From the NCBI RefSeq assembly GCF_900186505.1, contig NZ_LT891969.1:74323-106322 (forward strand): a stretch of 32,000 nt of DNA, given 5' to 3'. Position 1 is the stretch's first letter. The number at the start of each line of letters is the position of its first letter. The notes beneath the pieces are model-generated. The model was not told where the DNA came from. It searched no databases and was given only the letters and a program-made list of their open reading frames with translations. Positions 23,612-30,658 of this stretch are shown here, in pieces. This DNA comes from Enorma phocaeensis (GTDB taxonomy: Bacteria > Actinomycetota > Coriobacteriia > Coriobacteriales > Coriobacteriaceae). A program made the position numbers and the translations under genes.

Positions 23612-26485
23612 ATGGGAAGCAGTTTGGGCTCAGGTGCCCCGGCATCCGTCGCCGCAACGGATCTGGATGCGCTCGATGCCATCCGCAAGGCACCCATCGA
23701 CGGCGTGTTCGGCGAACTTGAGACGGCGCGCGTAGGGCTCGCCTCGGACGAGGCGGTCGTACGCCAGGGGCGCTTTGGGAAGAACGTCATCCAAAGCGAG
23801 AAGAAGAAGTCGCCCGTCATCGCGTTCCTCGCGAACTTCACACACCTCATGGCGGTGCTTTTGTGGGTCGCGGGCACCATCGCGTTCATCGCGGGGCTCC
23901 CGGAGCTTGGCGTCGCCGTGTGGCTCGTGAACATCATCAACGGGGTGTTCAGCTTCTGGCAGGAGGCGCGTGCGAGCCAGGCGACCGAGGCGCTCAAGAA
24001 GATGCTGCCGGCGTATGCCACGGTGATTCGCGACGGCCAGGAGCAGAAGATTCTGGCAGAAGACCTCGTGCCGGGCGACGTCATGCTCCTTGCCGAGGGC
24101 GACAAGATCTCTGCAGATGCGCGCGTCATCGCGAGTTCGGACTTGCAGGTGAATCAATCCACGTTGAATGGCGAATCCACCCCGTCCCGCAAGACCGCGG
24201 ACGCGGTGCTCGAAGAGGGGCTTTCCGCCGCGGAGATTCCCAACCTCGTCTTCGCTGGCACGAGCGTGTCTGAGGGCAACGGTCGCGCCGTGGTGTTCCG
24301 CATTGGCATGGACACGGAGTTCGGCAAGATCGCGAGCCTCACGCAGAACATGCAGGCGGCGGAGAGCCCGCTCACGCGTCAGCTCAACCGCCTCACGAAG
24401 CAGGTCACGATCTTTGCCATGTGCATGGGCATCGCGTTCTTCTGCCTGTCCCTGTTCGTGGTGCACGAGCCGTTCGCGTCTTCGTTTATCTTCGCGCTCG
24501 GCATGGTCGTGGCATTCATTCCCGAAGGCTTGCTGCCCACGGTGACGCTTTCGCTCGCTATGGCGGTGCAGCGCATGAGTCGCCGGAACGCCCTGGTGAA
24601 GAAGCTCGATTCCGTGGAGGCGCTTGGCTCCACGAGCGTGATCTGCACGGATAAGACCGGTACGCTCACGCAGAACGAGATGACCGTGAACCATCTGTGG
24701 ACGGCGACGCGCGAATACGAGATCACCGGCGTGGGGTACGCGCCCGAGGGTCAGATAGAAGCCGAGGGACGCAGTTGGCGCGCTGTGGACGATGCCGACC
24801 TCGAGCTCTTGCTCGAAGGCGGGTTGCTCTGCGGCAACGCACGCCTCGCCGAGCCGGAAGAGGAGGGCAAGCGCTACGAGGTTTACGGCGACCCCACGGA
24901 GGCGTGCCTCATCGTGTCCGCGCAGAAGGGCGGCATCGATCGCGCCGAGCTCGAGGCGCGCATGCCCCGCGTGAAGGAGCTGCCGTTCGAGAGCCGCCGC
25001 AAGCGCATGACGACCGTGCATGCTCTTGAGTACCCGCTGGACGGGGCGCGCCGCATCGCGTTCACGAAGGGCGCGCCGAACGAGGTCGTGCGGCTTTCGA
25101 CCCATGTTCGTGTGAACGGCGTGGTCGAGCCTATGACCGAGGAGCTCCGTGCACGCATCATGGAGGCGAACGACACGTACGCCGCCGACGGCCTGCGCGT
25201 GCTCGCGGTGGCGTACCGCCCGCTCGACGGTGCGAACGCGGAGGCGGGTGTCCCCGATGCCATGAGCGATTACACGCCCGAGAATATCGAGTGCAACCTC
25301 ACCTTCGTGGGGCTCGAGGTCATGATGGATCCGCCTCGTCCCGAAGTCGCCGCAGCTGTGGCCGAGTGCCGCCGCGCGGGTATCCGCATCGTCATGATCA
25401 CGGGCGACTACGGTCTCACCGCAGCGAGCATCGCACGGCGCCTGAAGATCGTGGAGGGCGATGGCCTTTCCGTCATCTCGGGCTTCGAGCTTTCCAAGAT
25501 GGATGACGACGAGCTCAAGCGCAGGCTCGCTGGCCAGGTGGTCTTTGCCCGGATGGCACCCGAGCAGAAGCTGCGCGTGGTCACGGCGCTCCAGGAGATG
25601 GGTGAGATCGTGGCCGTGACGGGCGACGGCGTGAACGACGCCCCCGCCCTCAAGAAAGCCGATATCGGCGTCGCCATGGGCATCACGGGAACGGACGTGG
25701 CCAAGGAAGCTGCGGACATGATCCTGACGGACGATAACTTCGCATCGATCGTCGCCGCCATCGAGGAGGGCCGAGCGGTCTACAGCAACATCCGCAAGTT
25801 CCTTCTCTACATCTTGAACTCCAACGCACCCGAAGCCGTGCCCAATGCCGTATACCTGCTATCGGGCGGCGCCGTGCCTCTGCCGCTCACCACGATGCAG
25901 ATCCTCACCATCGACCTGGGCACCGATATGCTCCCCGCGCTCGGCCTTGGAACCGAGCCGCCCGAGGAGACCGTCATGGATCAACCCCCGCGCGATCCCA
26001 ACGAGCGCCTCCTCAACCGCCGCGTACTCGTGAAGGCCTTCCTGTGGTATGGCCTCATGGGCTCCATCGCCGCCATGGCGGGCTATTTCCTGGTGAACGT
26101 GCTCGCCGGCTGGCCGGGCATCCCGCTCGCCGGTTTGGGCAACGACGGCGACCCCGTGTACATCCAGGCGACGACCATGACGCTCGCGGGCATCATCTTC
26201 GCGCAGATCGGCCAGGTCATGAACTGCCGTACCGAGACCACCTCGGTATTCAAGATCGGACTCTTCTCGAACCGCCGCATCCTCATAGGCATCGTGTTCG
26301 AAGTGGTGCTGCTCGTAATCCTCACCACGTTCCCGCCGCTGCAAGGCGTGTTCCACACCGCGCCCCTGGCCTGGCAGGATTATGCGTTCCTCTGCTGCAT
26401 CCCGCCTGTGGTCATCGCCATCGAGGAGATTCGCAAGGCATGGCTGCGCCGCCGCGAGCGGGCACGTGCCGCCGCGAAGCGCTAG
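23612..26485 (+). CDS. P2-type cation-transporting ATPase with Na,K-ATPase-like ion-site motifs
   Basis: ICTDKTGTLTQNEMTV, TGDGVNDAPALKKADIGVAMG, TM4 FIPEGLLPTVTLSL, TM5 YILNSNAPEAVP and TM6 ILTIDLGTDMLPAL. ATG 23612 follows GGAAGGAGAGG. Confidence 0.9.
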   Translation: MGSSLGSGAPASVAATDLDALDAIRKAPIDGVFGELETARVGLASDEAVVRQGRFGKNVIQSEKKKSPVIAFLANFTHLMAVLLWVAGTIAFIAGLPELGVAVWLVNIINGVFSFWQEARASQATEALKKMLPAYATVIRDGQEQKILAEDLVPGDVMLLAEGDKISADARVIASSDLQVNQSTLNGESTPSRKTADAVLEEGLSAAEIPNLVFAGTSVSEGNGRAVVFRIGMDTEFGKIASLTQNMQAAESPLTRQLNRLTKQVTIFAMCMGIAFFCLSLFVVHEPFASSFIFALGMVVAFIPEGLLPTVTLSLAMAVQRMSRRNALVKKLDSVEALGSTSVICTDKTGTLTQNEMTVNHLWTATREYEITGVGYAPEGQIEAEGRSWRAVDDADLELLLEGGLLCGNARLAEPEEEGKRYEVYGDPTEACLIVSAQKGGIDRAELEARMPRVKELPFESRRKRMTTVHALEYPLDGARRIAFTKGAPNEVVRLSTHVRVNGVVEPMTEELRARIMEANDTYAADGLRVLAVAYRPLDGANAEAGVPDAMSDYTPENIECNLTFVGLEVMMDPPRPEVAAAVAECRRAGIRIVMITGDYGLTAASIARRLKIVEGDGLSVISGFELSKMDDDELKRRLAGQVVFARMAPEQKLRVVTALQEMGEIVAVTGDGVNDAPALKKADIGVAMGITGTDVAKEAADMILTDDNFASIVAAIEEGRAVYSNIRKFLLYILNSNAPEAVPNAVYLLSGGAVPLPLTTMQILTIDLGTDMLPALGLGTEPPEETVMDQPPRDPNERLLNRRVLVKAFLWYGLMGSIAAMAGYFLVNVLAGWPGIPLAGLGNDGDPVYIQATTMTLAGIIFAQIGQVMNCRTETTSVFKIGLFSNRRILIGIVFEVVLLVILTTFPPLQGVFHTAPLAWQDYAFLCCIPPVVIAIEEIRKAWLRRRERARAAAKR

Positions 26486-26520
26486 AGTTGAGGGTATACA
26501 CCATCTGAAAGGTGGAGATT

Positions 26521-27174
26521 ATGAACGTCATTATCGTAGGCATGGGCTTCATCGGATCGGGGCTCGCGTGGAAGCTCGCGCGGCAGGGATTCTCGGTCAC
26601 GGCGGTCGACCAAGACCAGAAAGCACTTGATGCGCTGGGCGATTCGTTCCCCGGCAAACGCGTGTGCGGCATCGGCCTCGATCGCGATGTGCTTCTGCGC
26701 GCGGGAATCGACCGCACGGATGCCGTCGTTTCCTGCATGCGCTCCGACGAGGCGAACATCGTGGTGGCGCACGTCGCCCGCTCGACGTTTCGCGTGCCCC
26801 GCGTCATCGCGCGTCTGCACGATCTTACGAAGGCCGATACGTACCGTCGCCTGAACATCCAGACGGTCTCGCCCAATGCTTGGGGCATCGCGCGCATCGG
26901 CGAGCTCCTTACCTATAACCATCTCGATAACGTGTTCGAAGTGGGATCGGGCGATGTGCGCCTGGTTCGCGCGGACGTGCCGGCGCTGCTCGACGGCGCC
27001 ACGGTGCGCGAGATCTCCGCGCTCGGCGAGGTGCAGATCGTGAGCGTCTCGCACGATAACGAAACGTTCATCCCCACGCAGGGCACCGTGCTCGCCGCCG
27101 GCGACATCATCTACGCTGCCGTGGCGACCTCTGCCAGCAGGAAGTTCAAGCAGATGCTCGGCATCACCGATTAG
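26521..27174 (+). CDS. trkA: TrkA/KtrA-type RCK protein (TrkA-N plus TrkA-C), paralogue 1
   Basis: MNVIIVGMGFIGSGLAWKL is a Rossmann GxGxxG motif, and the C-terminal part is RCK_C-like. ATG 26521 follows AAAGGTGGAG. Confidence 0.85.
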   Translation: MNVIIVGMGFIGSGLAWKLARQGFSVTAVDQDQKALDALGDSFPGKRVCGIGLDRDVLLRAGIDRTDAVVSCMRSDEANIVVAHVARSTFRVPRVIARLHDLTKADTYRRLNIQTVSPNAWGIARIGELLTYNHLDNVFEVGSGDVRLVRADVPALLDGATVREISALGEVQIVSVSHDNETFIPTQGTVLAAGDIIYAAVATSASRKFKQMLGITD

Positions 27175-27182
27175 GAGGAATC

Positions 27183-27842
27183 ATGCAGGTCATCATTGTC
27201 GGCGGCGGCAAGACCGGCGCCCATCTCGCCTCCCGCCTCACGGACGACGGCATCGCGGTCACGGTCATCGAGCAGCGCGCTGAAGTCGTCGAGCGCGTGC
27301 GTCAGATATGCCCGAACGTTTCCGTTATCGAGGGGAGTGGTTCGGATCCCGAGGTCTTGGAGCGCGCGGGCGTGCGCATCGCGGATGCTGTCGCGGCTGT
27401 GACGGGATTGGACGAGACGAACCTCGTGACGTCGATGCTCGCGAAGATGGAATATGCGGTGCCGCGCGTTGTGGCGCGTGTGAACAATCCGGCGAACGCG
27501 TGGATGTTCACGGCGGTGAACGGTGTGGACGTGGGTGTGAACCAGGCTGAAATCACGGCGCGCTTCGTGATTGAGGGCATGGACGTGCATGACATGTACA
27601 CGCTCATGAAGCTCGGTCGAGACGAGCACAGCATCGTACAGGTGGCGGTGGGTGCGCATGCCCGCGTGGCGGGACTCGCCCTCAAGGGCATCCCGTTCCC
27701 GGCGGAGACCATCGTGACCGCCGTGGAGCACGAGGGCAACCTCATCGTGCCGAACGGTGATACCGTCTTGGAGTCGGGCGATGAGGCGATCATCTTCACG
27801 AGCGAGGAAGGCCGCGACGAGATTCGCCGACTCTTCTCATAA
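27183..27842 (+). CDS. trkA: TrkA/KtrA-type RCK protein, paralogue 2
   Basis: MQVIIVGGGKTGAHLASRL plus an RCK_C-like C-terminus. SD GGAGGAA. This tandem layout resembles the CeoB/CeoC pair of mycobacteria. Confidence 0.85.
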   Translation: MQVIIVGGGKTGAHLASRLTDDGIAVTVIEQRAEVVERVRQICPNVSVIEGSGSDPEVLERAGVRIADAVAAVTGLDETNLVTSMLAKMEYAVPRVVARVNNPANAWMFTAVNGVDVGVNQAEITARFVIEGMDVHDMYTLMKLGRDEHSIVQVAVGAHARVAGLALKGIPFPAETIVTAVEHEGNLIVPNGDTVLESGDEAIIFTSEEGRDEIRRLFS

Positions 27843-27933
27843 AGGCAGCGTGCGGCTACCTCGCTTCAGAACGGGTCGTTTCGCTTCGGCATCCGTGCTA
27901 AGCTATTCAGCCGGATAAGAAAGCGAGGTAGCC

Positions 27934-29157
27934 ATGCGTACCGATGATTTCGATTACAACCTGCCCGAGGAGCTCATAGCCCAGGCACCGGCGGAGCCGC
28001 GCGATTCGTGCCGCCTGCTGGTGCTGCACCGCGGCGAACCACTTGCGACCACGGGCGACGTCGTGCCGCTCGACGCGGGCGGTAGCGTGGAGCACCGTCA
28101 CTTCTACGACATCATCGACTACCTCGAGCCGGGCGACCTGCTCGTCGCGAACGAGACGCGCGTCATGCCGGCGCGTCTCATCGGGCGCAAGGCGAAGACG
28201 GGCGGTATGGCCGAGACGCTTCTGCTCAACCGCCGTGAGGACATCGATCCGCTCGGGCACGTGTGGGAATGCCTTGTGAGTCCCGGCAAGCGCCTCAAGC
28301 CCGGTGCGGTCATCGAATACCGCGCGGGCGGTCCGCATGCGCCGGAAAGCGCGCCGGTGGTGCTTGCGGGCGAGGTCGTCGACTTCGTGCCCGATAGCCG
28401 CGGGGGCCGCTTGGTGCGCTTCACGCCTATGGGCGAGAACGCCGCGGGAGCCCCGCGCACGCTCGATGAGGCCATCCATGCGGCGGGACATGTGCCGCTG
28501 CCGCCCTACATCACCGACTACGAGGGCGATCCCGAGAAGTACCAGACCGTATACGCCATGAACGAGGAGCATTCCGCTGCTGCCCCCACGGCGGGTCTCC
28601 ACTTTACGCCCGAGCTCATCGAGCGCATCAAGGCCAAGGGTGTTGGTTGGGCTACGGTCGAGCTCGAGGTGGGTATCGACACCTTCCGCCTCGTCGAGGA
28701 GGACGACCCCACCGAGCACGTCATGCACACCGAGCGCTACCACGTGTCGCGCGCGGTCGTCGACGCCGTGCACGCGACGAAGGCTGCAGGTCACCGGGTG
28801 ATCGCCGTGGGCACGACGGCCGTGCGCTCGCTCGAGAGCGCATGGGAGACGGACGCCCCCGCGAGCGAGCCCGCGGTCACGGCGCGCCGCTTCGAGGACG
28901 CCGCCGATTCCGCGGCCGTCACGGGGACGGGCGACATCGTCGAGCGCGCCGACGCGACGACGAACCTCTACCTCATGCCCGGCTCGACCTACCATGTGGT
29001 CGATGCGCTCATCACGAACTTCCACGTGCCGCGCTCGACGCTCATGATGCTCGTCTCGGCTCTCGCCACGCGCGAGCAGATCATGGATGCCTACGAGCAG
29101 GCGGTCGCGGAGCGCTACCGCTTCTTCAGCTTCGGCGACGCGATGTTCATCGAGTAG
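27934..29157 (+). CDS. queA: S-adenosylmethionine:tRNA ribosyltransferase-isomerase
   Basis: FDYNLPEELIAQAPAEPRDSCRLLVL, GHVPLPPYI, AAPTAGLHFT, VGTTAVRSLES and FFSFGDAMFI. It is longer than typical QueA because of Ala/Pro/Glu-rich insertions. Confidence 0.9.
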   Translation: MRTDDFDYNLPEELIAQAPAEPRDSCRLLVLHRGEPLATTGDVVPLDAGGSVEHRHFYDIIDYLEPGDLLVANETRVMPARLIGRKAKTGGMAETLLLNRREDIDPLGHVWECLVSPGKRLKPGAVIEYRAGGPHAPESAPVVLAGEVVDFVPDSRGGRLVRFTPMGENAAGAPRTLDEAIHAAGHVPLPPYITDYEGDPEKYQTVYAMNEEHSAAAPTAGLHFTPELIERIKAKGVGWATVELEVGIDTFRLVEEDDPTEHVMHTERYHVSRAVVDAVHATKAAGHRVIAVGTTAVRSLESAWETDAPASEPAVTARRFEDAADSAAVTGTGDIVERADATTNLYLMPGSTYHVVDALITNFHVPRSTLMMLVSALATREQIMDAYEQAVAERYRFFSFGDAMFIE

Positions 29158-29264
29158 CGCGCCCGCTCGGCGTGCCAACGCGGCATGACAGGGCACTTGC
29201 ATAATCAGGCGCCGGCATGACGAGGCGCGGATATGACTAGGTATTGATATGGCAAGGCACCGGT

Positions 29265-29296
29265 ACGGTTGGGGCTTATAGGACAAAAAGTGTGTC
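29265..29296. repeat. Left target-site duplication (ACGGTTGG, 29265-29272) plus left terminal inverted repeat (29273-29296)
   Basis: GGCTTATAGGACAAAAAGTGTGTC is the exact reverse complement of 30597-30620. The 8-nt ACGGTTGG is repeated directly at 30621-30628. Confidence 0.8.
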
Positions 29297-29313
29297 TCGA
29301 TAGAACACGTGTC

Positions 29314-30480
29314 CTAATCCAGCCAGAAGGGGTACGGGTTCTTGTGGTGCAGCTCCTCCCAGACGGCCCGGTCGCCCCACTCCGGCCCGCCGTCCTCGCG
29401 CTTGGGCGACGCCGAGTAGGTCCTGTACAGGAGGTCGATGTCGTCGTCGGTGGGCATGGAGCGAAGGATCTCCCTCGCCGGCCTCGGGCCCTCGGTGTGC
29501 ATGTAGCACCACCAGAAGACCGCCTTCACGCGCCGCATGAGCGACAGCCCGCGGTGGTTGCGCAGGACTTCCCTGAGCTGCGCGTTGACGCCGCCCTCGA
29601 TCGGGTTGTTGGTGCGCGGCAGCGGCCCCTCCGCCGTGAGCGCGGGGTCCAGGTAGGTGAACAGCGTGCCGGCGCTCACGAGCCTCGAGAGCGACGACCT
29701 CGCCTTCCTGAGCCTCTCGTGGGTGAACTGGCGCCGGCCGTCGACGTAGGAGACGTCCTCGAGGAAGTCGGCCCAGAACCCGCACCACTGCAGGTAGCGC
29801 TCGACCCACCAGTCGGCCTGGCGGAGGGTGTCGAGGTGCATGAGCTCGATTGACAGCGCGTAGAGCTCCCTGCCCGCCTGGAGCCTCGGCCTCGTCGTCG
29901 TATAGCGCCTCACCTGCGAGAACGCGTGGAAGAGGCACCTCTGGACCCTCGTGCGCGGCCATGCGCGGCGCCTCGCCTTCTCGAAGCCCGTCCCGCCGTC
30001 GCACACCACCACGTCCGGGGCCGGGATGGGCGCCATCAGCGCCTCCCACGCCCTCGATGCCTCCGCCTGCGCCATGTACCACGAGACCACGTGCTCGCCG
30101 TCGTAGGCGATCAGCACGACGAGGTCGCGGGCGAGCCAGATGCCGTCGACGAAGAGAACGCGGCGCACCTCGCCCGTGGGCTCCGGCATGGGCCAGATCG
30201 GCCAGAAGCCCGCGGCGAGCCTCCTGAACGTGCGCCCCTGCCCGGGCATGTCCGCCTGCGTCGCCTTCGAGAGCAGCCATGCCAGGAACTCGTCGAGCCT
30301 CGCCGCCGCGTCGTCGTAGGAGACCGTGGTCGAGGCGCCGCACGCCCCGCACCTCCACCTCTGCGCGCCCGCGCTCGTCTTCCCGTTCCTCTTCATCTTC
30401 GCCCCGCAAGAGGGGCACCTGACCGCCTTCATCCCCAGCTCCTCGGTAATCGGGGTTTTAACGGCCTGATTTTCAGTCAT
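29314..30480 (-). CDS. IS256-family (IS1249-like) transposase with N-terminal zinc ribbon
   Basis: Zinc ribbon CPSCGAKMKRNG...WRCGACG. DDE region with VVCDGGTGF and the RVQRCLFH motif (QRCxxH is typical of IS256/mutator-type transposases). The alternative start ATG 30432 (MKAVRCPSCG) has the better SD (GAGGAG). Confidence 0.85.
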   Translation of the reverse strand: MTENQAVKTPITEELGMKAVRCPSCGAKMKRNGKTSAGAQRWRCGACGASTTVSYDDAAARLDEFLAWLLSKATQADMPGQGRTFRRLAAGFWPIWPMPEPTGEVRRVLFVDGIWLARDLVVLIAYDGEHVVSWYMAQAEASRAWEALMAPIPAPDVVVCDGGTGFEKARRRAWPRTRVQRCLFHAFSQVRRYTTTRPRLQAGRELYALSIELMHLDTLRQADWWVERYLQWCGFWADFLEDVSYVDGRRQFTHERLRKARSSLSRLVSAGTLFTYLDPALTAEGPLPRTNNPIEGGVNAQLREVLRNHRGLSLMRRVKAVFWWCYMHTEGPRPAREILRSMPTDDDIDLLYRTYSASPKREDGGPEWGDRAVWEELHHKNPYPFWLD

Positions 30481-30558
30481 CTACCTGCGGGACAGGAGCG
30501 AATCCGGACACACTTTCTGTCCGAGTGGTTAAATTCCCCCTGGAGATTTAAGCGCGTG

Positions 30559-30588
30559 AAAAAGGGGCATCGACCTGCGTCGATGCCC
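30559..30588 (-). terminator. Intrinsic terminator inside the IS, between the outer IR and the transposase gene
   Basis: Read on the minus strand: GGGCATCGAC - GCAG - GTCGATGCCC followed by CTTTTT. It is oriented to stop transcription entering the IS from the flank towards the transposase. Confidence 0.55.
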
Positions 30589-30596
30589 ATGATTCG

Positions 30597-30628
30597 GACA
30601 CACTTTTTGTCCTATAAGCCACGGTTGG
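30597..30628. repeat. Right terminal inverted repeat (30597-30620) plus right target-site duplication (30621-30628)
   Basis: GACACACTTTTTGTCCTATAAGCC followed by ACGGTTGG. Confidence 0.8.
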
Positions 30629-30658
30629 ATACCGGCGCCTTGTCTTTTCGCGTAGCGG

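Larger units (their letters stand above)
29273..30620 (-). mobile_element. Complete insertion sequence, IS256 family (IS1249-like), 1348 bp
   Basis: Perfect 24-bp terminal inverted repeats, an 8-bp direct target duplication and a single transposase ORF. Size and architecture match IS1249-group elements. Confidence 0.8.

Noticed and set aside
23630-25105. 491-aa minus-strand ORF inside the P-type ATPase gene. Similar long antisense ORFs occur at 27907-29286, 10869-12227, 29276-30418, 13016-13768 and 13787-14539.
   Set aside because: All lie opposite genes with unmistakable family motifs. They are Arg/Ala/His/Gly-rich without recognisable domains or start-site signals, so they are high-GC shadow ORFs.
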